64,000 nt of DNA from an uncultured Chloroflexia bacterium. GTDB lineage: Bacteria; Chloroflexota; Anaerolineae; Anaerolineales; UBA11858. The stretch spans positions 16,749-80,748 of the forward strand of contig CAVQGY010000003.1 of assembly GCA_963712165.1 (NCBI GenBank), in the 5' to 3' direction. Of this stretch, positions 20,479-29,316 are shown one piece after another. Both the position numbers and the translations under genes were made by a program. Each line of letters begins with the position of its first letter. The first letter of the stretch is position 1. Below the pieces are notes generated by a model, which did no database searches, was not told the origin of the DNA, and saw nothing but the letters and a program-made list of their open reading frames with translations.

Positions 20479-21393
20479 ATGAATAAGATCACAATTCTTG
20501 GTACAGGTGCCATGGCGCTTTTCATGGGGGGGCGTTTGGCAGAAAAAGGAGTAAAGGTCCGCTTGCTGGGAACATGGATGGAGAGCATTGATGCTGTCAA
20601 CCGCCACGGAATTGGTATCCTTGAGAATGGTTCCCACCAATATTTCCCGGCAGAAGCTTATCATGATCCAAAACGACTCAACGGTTCCCGACTGGTACTG
20701 GTCTTGGTCAAATCCTGGCAGACAGAGCGGGCAGCCAGCGATCTGCAAGATCTATTGGCTGATGATGGGATCGCTCTAACACTCCAGAATGGTTTGGGGA
20801 ATGGGGACATCCTTAGTGCTGCTATCGGTAAGGAACGGACAGCATTGGGAGTAACTACTTATGGAGCGACAATCCTTGGTCCTGGGGTGGTCAAGCCGGG
20901 AGGAAGCGGAACAATATCTATCCAGGACCATCCCGGGCTCTCGGACCTGGTAGATCTGCTCCAGCTGAGTGATTTTGCTGTACAGCAGGTGTCTGATCTG
21001 TCGGGATTGATTTGGGGAAAGTTAGTGATCAATGTGGCCATCAATCCGCTGACCGGGCTGCTGGGCGTAAAGAATGGAGCCCTGCTGGAAAGTCCGGCTC
21101 TTACGCGACTTATGGGGCTGGCCGCCCGGGAAGCCGCAGATGTGGCTGGAAAGTTGGGAATCAAATTGAATTTCAACGATCCGTCTCAGGCTGCAGAGGA
21201 GGTAGCAGCCGCGACAGGGGAAAATCAATCTTCTATGCTGCAGGATATCAATCGCGGAGCACCAACCGAAATCGATGTTTTATGTGGAGCGGTGGTTCGT
21301 GAGGGAAGAAGACTTGGGATCCCCACGCCTGTAAACAATACCCTGGCAACCCTGATCAAAGGAAAGACTGACCTGCAAAGGAAACGAGAATGA
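20479..21393 (+). CDS. panE: 2-dehydropantoate 2-reductase
   Basis: 304 aa. N-terminal Rossmann motif ILGTGAMA and C-terminal SMLQDINRGAPTEID. Located between panB and panC. Confidence 0.8.
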   Translation: MNKITILGTGAMALFMGGRLAEKGVKVRLLGTWMESIDAVNRHGIGILENGSHQYFPAEAYHDPKRLNGSRLVLVLVKSWQTERAASDLQDLLADDGIALTLQNGLGNGDILSAAIGKERTALGVTTYGATILGPGVVKPGGSGTISIQDHPGLSDLVDLLQLSDFAVQQVSDLSGLIWGKLVINVAINPLTGLLGVKNGALLESPALTRLMGLAAREAADVAGKLGIKLNFNDPSQAAEEVAAATGENQSSMLQDINRGAPTEIDVLCGAVVREGRRLGIPTPVNNTLATLIKGKTDLQRKRE

Positions 21394-22229
21394 TAGTAGT
21401 GGAAAATATCCCTGATTTGAGGGAAGAGCTGAGCAAGTTGGACCGGCCTCTGGGGTTCGTGCCCACAATGGGATACCTGCATGAAGGGCATCTCTCGCTG
21501 GTCCGCATGGCAAGGAAAGAAAATCCCTCAGTAGTTGTGTCCATCTTTGCTAACCCCACCCAGTTCGCCCCAGACGAGGATCTGGACAGCTACCCGCGTG
21601 ATATCGATCGGGATCTGGAATTGCTCGATCAGGAAACAGCTGACCTGGTTTGGATCCCAACTGTTGAGGTCATGTATCCGGAGGGATATCAAACCTGGGT
21701 CGACGTTGAAGGTCTCTCCAGGGTCTTGGAAGGGTCTTTCCGTCCGGGACATTTTCGGGGTGTAACAACTGTTGTAGCCAAACTCTTCAACGCTGTAGGC
21801 CCAGAACGGGCATACTTTGGGCAAAAAGACGCCCAGCAGGCAGCTGTGATCAAACAGATGAAACGTGATTTGAATTACCCGATTCAAGTTTCGGTATGCC
21901 CTACAATAAGGGAGGCTGATGGACTGGCTATGTCCAGCCGTAACGTGTACCTGAACGGGAATGAGAGAATTGCTGCCAGATGCCTTTCCCGGGGACTATT
22001 TCAAGCCAGGGATGCGTTTCTGGCCGGTGAACGAAGAGCAGAGGTCCTGACAGTAATTGTAGGTAATGAGGTTCTGGATGAACCTCTGGCAAATCTGCAA
22101 TATGTTTCCTGTACTGATCCGGAAACGCTGTCAGAGCTGGAAGGAGAAGTTGGATCGTGTCTGATATCCCTGGCAGTTACAGTGGGAAAAACGCGCTTGA
22201 TCGATAATATCGTACTGGGAGAATCCTGA
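21390..22229 (+). CDS. panC: pantoate--beta-alanine ligase
   Basis: PTMGYLHEGHLSLV and GQKDAQQ. The start overlaps the panE stop by 4 nt (ATGA). Confidence 0.92.
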   Translation: MIVVENIPDLREELSKLDRPLGFVPTMGYLHEGHLSLVRMARKENPSVVVSIFANPTQFAPDEDLDSYPRDIDRDLELLDQETADLVWIPTVEVMYPEGYQTWVDVEGLSRVLEGSFRPGHFRGVTTVVAKLFNAVGPERAYFGQKDAQQAAVIKQMKRDLNYPIQVSVCPTIREADGLAMSSRNVYLNGNERIAARCLSRGLFQARDAFLAGERRAEVLTVIVGNEVLDEPLANLQYVSCTDPETLSELEGEVGSCLISLAVTVGKTRLIDNIVLGES

Positions 22230-22588
22230 TGTATAAAAGATTATTAAAATCCAAGATCCATCGAGCCAGGGTGACTGATTCCAACCTGGATTATGAGGGC
22301 AGTATTACTATTGCACAGGACTTACTAGATCAGGCCGACCTGATGGAATATGAGAGTGTCCAGATTGTCAATTTAAATAACGGTGCCAGATTTGAGACCT
22401 ATATCATTGCTGGCGAGCCAGGATCTGGGGCAATTGAACTGAATGGCCCGGCTGCCAGGCTGGCTCAGGTTGGAGATCTGGTGATCATCATGGCTTACGG
22501 ATTAGTAGATGAAAATGACCTGCAGGACTGGAAACCAATTGTGCTTCTAGTGGACGATCAAAATCAGGTAAAGGAAATCCGATGTTAA
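22229..22588 (+). CDS. panD: aspartate 1-decarboxylase
   Basis: 119 aa. KSKIHRARVT and the self-cleavage region YEGSITI. The start overlaps the panC stop. Confidence 0.92.
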   Translation: MYKRLLKSKIHRARVTDSNLDYEGSITIAQDLLDQADLMEYESVQIVNLNNGARFETYIIAGEPGSGAIELNGPAARLAQVGDLVIIMAYGLVDENDLQDWKPIVLLVDDQNQVKEIRC

Positions 22589-23346
22589 TGACAATCGATA
22601 TTGGCAATACCAATATCTCTCTGGGAGTGTACCAGGGAGATATATTGGGACCTTGCTGGAGGGTATCCACGGATCACCAGCGCATGCCGGATGAATATGG
22701 CCTGCAGATTGATGGATTGCTGAAACACGGTGATATTCGACCCGCGGATATCAGCGGGGTCTGCCTGGCGAGTGTTGTTCCCCAGCTGACGGGTGTTTTT
22801 CTACAGGCCTGCCAGGAATACCTCAATCTGGATCCATTGGTTGTTGATGCAGGAGTAAAAACCGGTGTCCGGGTATTATATGAAACGCCCAAATCAGTTG
22901 GAGCGGACCGCATCGTGGATGCCGCGGCAGTCCAGCATCTCTATGGGGGTCCTGCCTGTGTGGTGGATTTTGGCACTGGCACCACTTTTGATGCCATTTC
23001 GGCAGAAGGGGACTATCTGGGTGGAGCTATTGCTCCCGGGATCTCCATCGCAGCCGATGCCTTATTCCACAGGGCAGCAAAACTTCCCAAAGTGGATCTG
23101 AATACTCCCCCATCGGTGATTGGCAAGAACACGCCTCACGCCATGCAGTCTGGATTGATCTTTGGATATGTGGGGTTGGTCGAGGGCATGGTCGCCCGTT
23201 TTAAAAAGGAACTGGGTCCCGATATGAAAGTCATCGCAACCGGTGGTTTAACTGATATCATAGCCCGGGAAACTGATGTGATCGATATAGTTGCTCCCTG
23301 GTTGACCCTGGAAGGTTTGAGGATCATCTGGAATATGAACCAGTAA
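22582..23346 (+). CDS. coaX: type III pantothenate kinase
   Basis: IDIGNTN, GADR and DFGTGTTFD motifs. Overlaps the panD end. Confidence 0.88.
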   Translation: MLMTIDIGNTNISLGVYQGDILGPCWRVSTDHQRMPDEYGLQIDGLLKHGDIRPADISGVCLASVVPQLTGVFLQACQEYLNLDPLVVDAGVKTGVRVLYETPKSVGADRIVDAAAVQHLYGGPACVVDFGTGTTFDAISAEGDYLGGAIAPGISIAADALFHRAAKLPKVDLNTPPSVIGKNTPHAMQSGLIFGYVGLVEGMVARFKKELGPDMKVIATGGLTDIIARETDVIDIVAPWLTLEGLRIIWNMNQ

Positions 23347-23405
23347 AAGTCCCAGGTATTGATTCACACCTCCCTGGTCCAGGCAAGTGATGAAAGGGGT
23401 ATGTA

Positions 23406-24623
23406 ATGAATATATTTTCTGGTAAACGAATCGTACTCGGTGTGACCGGATCGATCGCAGCCTATAAAGCCGCGGCATTGGCATCCTCTCTGGCCAAATC
23501 CGGGGCCCTGGTGGACACCATCCTGACCGATGCAGCCTCAAAACTAATCTCACCCATGACATTTTCTGCCCTGACCGGCCGGAAGGCTTACCTGGATGAG
23601 GATCTGTGGAAGCAGGATGATCATGTTCTCCATATCGATCTGGGAGAGAATAACGATGTTTTCCTGATCGCCCCGGCAACTGCCAATACCATCGCCCGGC
23701 TGGCCTATGGGCTGGCCGATAACCTGCTTACCCTGGCAGCCCTGGCATCCCGAACTCCAATAGTGATCGCGCCGGCCATGGATGGTGGTATGTACTCCAA
23801 TCCGGCAACCCAGGCGAATTTGGCAATATTACAAAAACGGGGTGTGCAAATTTGGGGACCCGCTGCCGGTCATCTGGCTTCAGGACTTTCCGGAAAAGGT
23901 CGTATGCTTGAGCCGGAGTTGCTGGCAGGGCATCTGCGCCAGTTTTTGGGAAAAGATGGGATACTAAAGAGTAGGAAAGTGGTTGTCAGTGCCGGCGGCA
24001 CACAGGAACCGGTAGACCCTGTCCGTGTTATCACAAATAGGTCATCAGGAAAACAAGGCTATGCAGTTGCCCAGGCCGCTCTAGATGCAGGTGCAAATGT
24101 TGTTCTGGTTTCCGCCCCGGTAGACCTGGTCCCCCCAGTTGGGGCCAGCGTGATCCAGGTAAAAACAGCCGCAGAAATGGCGCAGGCTGTCCTGGTAGAA
24201 ACGGAAGAGGCTGATCTGTTGATCATGGCCGCAGCTGTGGCAGACTATCGCCCGGTTCTACCAGCGGATCAGAAGATCAAGAAGGATCAGGAAGGGTTGC
24301 GGGCCCTTGAATTGGAGCCGACCGAGGATATTCTTCTTCGTGTGGCTGCCAGGAGAAATGAAAGAGGGATTGGCCCTGGACATGTGGTGGGTTTTGCAGC
24401 GGAAACTGATAATCTCCTTGAGAATGCCCGGGCAAAGTTGGAAAAGAAAGGGCTTGATCTGATCGCTGCCAATGACGTTAGCAGAAGGGATGCAGGTTTC
24501 GGTACGGATCAAAACCAGGTCCTGTTGATCTGGCCGGATGGACGTACCAGGGATTTGGGCTTACTCCCGAAATCTGAGATCGCGACAGCCCTGATCGAAG
24601 AAGCTGCAGCCCTGCTTAACTAG
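23406..24623 (+). CDS. coaBC: bifunctional phosphopantothenoylcysteine decarboxylase / phosphopantothenate--cysteine ligase
   Basis: 405 aa. GVTGSIAAYK, PATANT and ITNRSSGK. Confidence 0.92.
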   Translation: MNIFSGKRIVLGVTGSIAAYKAAALASSLAKSGALVDTILTDAASKLISPMTFSALTGRKAYLDEDLWKQDDHVLHIDLGENNDVFLIAPATANTIARLAYGLADNLLTLAALASRTPIVIAPAMDGGMYSNPATQANLAILQKRGVQIWGPAAGHLASGLSGKGRMLEPELLAGHLRQFLGKDGILKSRKVVVSAGGTQEPVDPVRVITNRSSGKQGYAVAQAALDAGANVVLVSAPVDLVPPVGASVIQVKTAAEMAQAVLVETEEADLLIMAAAVADYRPVLPADQKIKKDQEGLRALELEPTEDILLRVAARRNERGIGPGHVVGFAAETDNLLENARAKLEKKGLDLIAANDVSRRDAGFGTDQNQVLLIWPDGRTRDLGLLPKSEIATALIEEAAALLN

Positions 24624-24672
24624 AGAACTAATAAAGAGAGATTTCCAAAACACCAACCCAAGGAGAAGAGCT

Positions 24673-25725
24673 ATGAGCCAGGAGGCATATCACAAACTAG
24701 CCCAGAAGCTGGATAGTTTACCCAACCGATTTCCTGCTACTGAGAGCGGCGTGGAGATCCGCCTTCTTGAGAGAATATTCACTCCTCACGAAGCAATCCT
24801 GGCTGCTGAGATGGGCCTTAAAAAGGAACCAGCTGGAGTTATAGCCGAAAAGGCGAAAGTTCCAGAAAAAGAAGCCCGGAACACATTGAAAGAAATGGTC
24901 AGGAAAAGGGTCATTCTTTTTTCCAAAGGTGAAAAGGGTCTGGTATATGGCTTGATGCCCTTTGTGGTCGGGTTTTACGAGGAATTGCTGCCCCGTATGG
25001 ATCAGGAAATCGCTGAGCTATTTGAAGCTTACTTCCAGGAAACCCGGGGAGGCATCACTGGCAAGGGCCTATCTGTTCACAGAGTTGTTCCGGTACAGGA
25101 ATCGATTGATTTTGAAATGGAGGTCTTTCCCTATGAAAAAGCTTCCAACCTCCTGGATCATGCGAAATCATGGGCTGTCAGGGATTGTATCTGTCGAGTG
25201 CAGAAGGAGTTGATCGGTGATCCCTGCCAACACCCTCTTGAAAACTGCCTGGTATTCGCCCCTGTTGAAGGAGCTTTTGATAACAGTGAGGTTGACCGAG
25301 TTATCAGCAAAGAGCAAGCTCTGGAGATACTACACCAAGCGGAGGAGTCCGGCCTGGTGCACACAACCGGTAACTACCGCGATCACAATTCATATATCTG
25401 CAATTGCTGCACCTGCAGCTGCGGTATTCTCAGGAGTGTGGCTGAATTCAATAACTCTGCCATGATTGCCAGATCAGATTTCCTTGTAGTTATTGACGAG
25501 GAGCTTTGTATCGCTTGTGGAGATTGCCTTGAACGCTGCCAGTTTGACGCTCTGGACCTTGATGGTAGTATCTGCCAGGTGGATATGGTAAATTGTGTAG
25601 GATGTGGTCTTTGTGTCCCAGTCTGCCCTGAGGATGCCATGATTCTTATCCGCCGGCCCGAGGGGGAGGTTCAGCCCCCGCCAGACAATATCAAAGTCTG
25701 GGGTGAGTTGCGCTCCAGAAATTGA
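24673..25725 (+). CDS. uncharacterised Cys-rich protein with a C-terminal 2x[4Fe-4S] ferredoxin domain
   Basis: 350 aa. CIACGDCLERC and CVGCGLCVPVCP motifs, plus the upstream Cys clusters CICRV...C and CNCCTCSCG. AAGGAG lies upstream of the ATG. Confidence 0.7.
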   Translation: MSQEAYHKLAQKLDSLPNRFPATESGVEIRLLERIFTPHEAILAAEMGLKKEPAGVIAEKAKVPEKEARNTLKEMVRKRVILFSKGEKGLVYGLMPFVVGFYEELLPRMDQEIAELFEAYFQETRGGITGKGLSVHRVVPVQESIDFEMEVFPYEKASNLLDHAKSWAVRDCICRVQKELIGDPCQHPLENCLVFAPVEGAFDNSEVDRVISKEQALEILHQAEESGLVHTTGNYRDHNSYICNCCTCSCGILRSVAEFNNSAMIARSDFLVVIDEELCIACGDCLERCQFDALDLDGSICQVDMVNCVGCGLCVPVCPEDAMILIRRPEGEVQPPPDNIKVWGELRSRN

Positions 25726-25811
25726 GATTAATCTGGCAGGTAGACAACCAACAAGTGGGATCCCCATTCTAAACGAAGTCCCACCTCATTTGTACTGGGA
25801 GATATTTTTAG

Positions 25812-25840
25812 TTTACGCATCTACTCTAGAATGGTAGAAT
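25812..25840 (+). promoter_or_regulatory. candidate promoter of glgP (TTTACG - 17 nt - TAGAAT)
   Basis: TTTACG at 25812-25817, 17-nt spacer, TAGAAT at 25835-25840. GGAGGA lies 8 nt before the GTG start at 25897. Confidence 0.45.
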
Positions 25841-25896
25841 GTGCGGTGTTTTGATGTTGATTAATCCTTTTACCAATATCATGGAGGATTCCATTC

Positions 25897-28053
25897 GTGA
25901 CAGAAAAGGTGCAGGAGATCATCCCCAATAATTTTAGTCTGCCCCGGCGGATCGATAGGCTAGGAGAGCTGGCTTATAACCTATGGTGGACCTGGAATCC
26001 AGATGTCCAGGGACTTTTCAGGCGGATTGATAGTGATCTCTGGGAGAGATCTTCCCATAATCCGATCATATTCCTGCGAAAGGTGGAGCGGGCAAAATTG
26101 AATGCTGTTACCCACGACAGCTACTTCCTGGATTCCTATGACAGCTCGATCCAGGCATTTGACCTGTATATGGACCGGGAAGATACCTGGTATGAGAGGA
26201 ACCACGGTCACAGTACTAAAGAGACCATCGCCTATTTTTCAACGGAATTTGGCCTGCATGAGACGTTGCCAATCTACGCGGGTGGATTGGGTGTGCTTTC
26301 TGGTGATCACCTCAAGGAAGCCAGCGATTTGGGGTTACCTCTGGTAGCTATGGGTTTCCTTTATACTAAAGGCTATTTTACCCAGATCATCAGCGAGGAC
26401 GGCTGGCAGGAAGCTCGTTATGTCAATCTGAATTTTGAGGAACTGCCGGTCCTGCCTCTCCTCAATGAGCAGCAGAAGCCATTTGCCATCACAGTTGAAC
26501 TGGCAGGTCGGCAGGTATTCATTAGAATATGGAAGATCCAGGTAGGCAGGGTGCCCCTCTATTTGCTGGATTCCAATGTTGAGGGCAATTCTCTGGAGGA
26601 CCGGGATTTGACATCTCGCCTTTACAGCAGTGATCTTGATCTGCGAATATCCCAGGAAATAATCCTTGGTATTGGGGGAGTGAGGGCTCTTCGAAAACTG
26701 GGCCATTCTCCAGCAGTCTGGCATATGAACGAGGGTCATTCAGCATTCCTCTCCCTGGAACGGATCCGAGAACTTGTAGAAAAGGGTTCTACCCTGGAAG
26801 AAGCGGTTGCCTATGTCCAGGGCAAGACAGTTTTCACCACTCATACGCCGGTTCCTGCCGGAAGTGATGAGTTCCCTGACTGGTTGATCGACAAGTATTT
26901 TGGTGGATTCCGTGAGAAACTGGGTCTGAACCGGGACCAATTCTTCGATCTCGCCCGCAATGAAGTCAGCTGGGGGGAGACCTTCAGTATGCCGGTATTG
27001 GCGATGCGCATGTCCAGTTTGAGGAATGGTGTATCGGAACTCCATGGTGAGGTTGCCAGGAAAATGTGGGGCTACCTTTGGCCGGATCTGAAGGCAGAGG
27101 AGGTTCCCATCTCCCATATCACAAATGGCATCCATACTGGTACCTGGCTTGCCCGGCGGATGAGGAATCTATATAGTAGTTATCTTGGGCCAGAATGGCT
27201 GGAGAATGCGGATGATCCTGAGGTATGGGAGGGCATCAATCAAATCCCAGACGGGGACCTGTGGGCAGTCCGCAGACACCTGAAACGAAAATTGGTGTTC
27301 TATATGCGGGAGCGTGCCCGGGCACAGTGGGCTAAGGATGAGTTTCACCCTATCCAGGTGATAGCCTCAGGGGCTTTGCTTAATCCATATGCATTAACGA
27401 TTGGGTTCGCCAGGCGTTTTGCCACCTATAAACGGGCAGACCTGATCTTGAGTGATTTTGAGCGGCTGCTGCGGATCCTGGATCAGCCTAATAAGCCGGT
27501 CCAGATCATCTTTGCAGGAAAAGCACATCCAGCAGATGATCCTGGCAAACTCTTGATCCAGGAAGTCTACCGGAAGGTGAAGCTGGCTGGGAGTGGGGGC
27601 AGGCTTGTTTTCCTGGAAGATTATGATATGAACTTGGCTCGCTATTTGGTCCAGGGAGTGGATGTCTGGTTAAATACACCCAGGCGGCCGCTGGAAGCTT
27701 CTGGCACATCTGGCCAAAAAGCAGCCCTGAATGGAGCCTTGAATTTTTCCATTCTGGATGGTTGGTGGCGGGAGGGATATAACGGTGCGAATGGCTGGGC
27801 CATCGGCACTGATGACAGTCACCCCGACCATAAATTCCAGGATGATATGGATGCTGAAAGCCTTTATGATACGCTCGAGAACGAGATCATTCCCTTGTTT
27901 TATAAACGATCTCCTGACAACCTGCCGCTGGAGTGGATCAGCCGCATGAAAGAATCCATCCGGACATTAGCCCCGGAATTCAGCATGCGCAGAATGGTGA
28001 AAGACTATGCGGTAGAGCTTTATTTTGAGCTCATTGACAAGAACAGCGGGTGA
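25897..28053 (+). CDS. glgP: alpha-glucan (maltodextrin/glycogen) phosphorylase, GT35
   Basis: 718 aa. GGLGVLSGDHLK and the PLP-lysine region EASGTSGQKAALNG. GTG start with a good SD. Confidence 0.9.
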   Translation: MTEKVQEIIPNNFSLPRRIDRLGELAYNLWWTWNPDVQGLFRRIDSDLWERSSHNPIIFLRKVERAKLNAVTHDSYFLDSYDSSIQAFDLYMDREDTWYERNHGHSTKETIAYFSTEFGLHETLPIYAGGLGVLSGDHLKEASDLGLPLVAMGFLYTKGYFTQIISEDGWQEARYVNLNFEELPVLPLLNEQQKPFAITVELAGRQVFIRIWKIQVGRVPLYLLDSNVEGNSLEDRDLTSRLYSSDLDLRISQEIILGIGGVRALRKLGHSPAVWHMNEGHSAFLSLERIRELVEKGSTLEEAVAYVQGKTVFTTHTPVPAGSDEFPDWLIDKYFGGFREKLGLNRDQFFDLARNEVSWGETFSMPVLAMRMSSLRNGVSELHGEVARKMWGYLWPDLKAEEVPISHITNGIHTGTWLARRMRNLYSSYLGPEWLENADDPEVWEGINQIPDGDLWAVRRHLKRKLVFYMRERARAQWAKDEFHPIQVIASGALLNPYALTIGFARRFATYKRADLILSDFERLLRILDQPNKPVQIIFAGKAHPADDPGKLLIQEVYRKVKLAGSGGRLVFLEDYDMNLARYLVQGVDVWLNTPRRPLEASGTSGQKAALNGALNFSILDGWWREGYNGANGWAIGTDDSHPDHKFQDDMDAESLYDTLENEIIPLFYKRSPDNLPLEWISRMKESIRTLAPEFSMRRMVKDYAVELYFELIDKNSG

Positions 28054-28098
28054 TCAACCATATTGAAGCGCCCAGATTAATCCAGGAGGGTTAAGACT

Positions 28099-28632
28099 AT
28101 GTACACTTTTGAATTGACCGGCCAATCCATATTGATCGCCCTGTTGATTTTCCTTGTCAGGGTTGTCGCTACCAGCCTGGATACCATCCGAGTGATCTTC
28201 ACCATGCGCAGTAATAAATTCTGGGTCTGGATTCTGGGATTTATCAATTCCATGATCTGGGTTCTGACCTTTGCATTTGTATTAGCGGATATTGAAAATT
28301 TTGTCAACGTGTTGGTCTATGCTGGTGGATTTGCGACCGGCAATATTGTGGGCATGTGGATCGAGGATAAATTGGCGATCGGATTTACAGAAGTCAGGAT
28401 AATCAGTCCTCATTGGGGAGCAGCGATATTGGATGCGTTGAGAGAGAATAACTATGCCGTGACAGAGATCCCAGCCAGGGGGAAGGATGGCATGGTCTCG
28501 GTGATCACCAGCAGTATTCGCCGGGGGCAGGTAGGGGATTTTGAAAACCTGGTTATGGAAATTGATGGAAATGCCTTCATCACCAAAGAGGACGTGGTTT
28601 CGGTCCGGCGGGGATTCTGGCGGGCAAAATAA
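28099..28632 (+). CDS. UPF0316-family membrane protein (DUF2179-containing)
   Basis: 177 aa. Three N-terminal hydrophobic helices, then a soluble C-terminal domain (NYAVTEIPARGKDG...). Followed by a strong terminator. Confidence 0.75.
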   Translation: MYTFELTGQSILIALLIFLVRVVATSLDTIRVIFTMRSNKFWVWILGFINSMIWVLTFAFVLADIENFVNVLVYAGGFATGNIVGMWIEDKLAIGFTEVRIISPHWGAAILDALRENNYAVTEIPARGKDGMVSVITSSIRRGQVGDFENLVMEIDGNAFITKEDVVSVRRGFWRAK

Positions 28633-28648
28633 TCCCTTTACTGGATAA

Positions 28649-28684
28649 TAAAACCTCCCGTATCTACTCTGAACGGGAGGTTTT
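28649..28684. terminator. bidirectional intrinsic terminator
   Basis: AAAACCTCCCG / 13-nt loop / CGGGAGGTTTT, followed by a T-run. It lies inside the artefactual extension of the minus-strand ORF 28282..29286. Confidence 0.75.
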
Positions 28685-28738
28685 CGTTTTGGTTGTGTTA
28701 TTTGTGTCAATCCAAAGGTAATTCGTAAGTGACCGAGA

Positions 28739-29286
28739 TTAGGGAAGCTCCTCCAACAAGACTGGCTCCTCCTCCAGGGTGAATAACCAGGCACAGTAGT
28801 AACGGTCTGGATGGGGATCCGGGGGCAGCAGATCACTTTGGTCCGGATTCTTGGGTCGATGGTATGCGCGAAATAAGCATATTCGGCAAGGCCAACCGGC
28901 TTGCAGGGAAAATCATCCAACCCCTTCCGCTTCCGGGCGCTCTGTACCCGACAGTCGTTCATCTCGAATCGGAGGCAATTAGGGTCTTCATCGATCAGGG
29001 ATTGTTCATTGATCCTGGCGTAGAGACGGAACTGAAGGGCTTTCTTGAGGGCAGCTAGACCCCCTCCTGGTTCGATTCCCTGACGGCGCATGATCCTTTT
29101 TGCTTCGATCTGGGTAAAGGTGATCCAGGCTTCCTTGTCCAGCTGAATAGCGTCCTCCATGCCGAAACGGCGCTCAACAGCCTGGAACCAGAGTCCATCA
29201 TGGGCTAACCAATTCTTGGCCTGGTCCTCCAGCATATCGACCAGAACCTCTTTGGGCAGGGAAAGAAGAAGATCGCGTTCCGGCAT
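28739..29286 (-). pseudogene. conserved cytosolic protein of the WLAHDGLWFQ family (I believe DUF6125-like), interrupted by a 1-nt frameshift
   Basis: The N-terminal ~150 aa are protein-like (NWLAHDGLWFQAVE, CRVQSARKRKGL). After ICCP the frame degrades and reads through a terminator and antisense to the neighbouring gene. Adding one C to the C5 run (G-run 28821-28825 on the plus strand) gives CCPPDPHPDRYYCAWLFTLEEEPVLLEELP* with a stop at 28739-28741. Confidence 0.55.
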
Positions 29287-29316
29287 GATCGCACTCCAAT
29301 GTCTATCTAATCATTC

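Noticed and set aside
20140-20748. 202-aa minus-strand ORF across the panB/panE junction
   Set aside because: It is antisense to two confidently identified genes, its sequence is not protein-like, and it has no RBS.
28282-28738. 3' two thirds of the 334-aa minus-strand ORF, overlapping the UPF0316 gene
   Set aside because: The sequence is low-quality and out of frame. It traverses a strong terminator hairpin and runs antisense to a well-supported gene. A frameshift at 28821-28825 explains it.
29050-29075. tRNA T-arm-like string GGTTCGATTCC
   Set aside because: The flanks cannot form T- or acceptor stems (CCTGG versus CCCTG). It lies inside coding sequence (IEPGGG).
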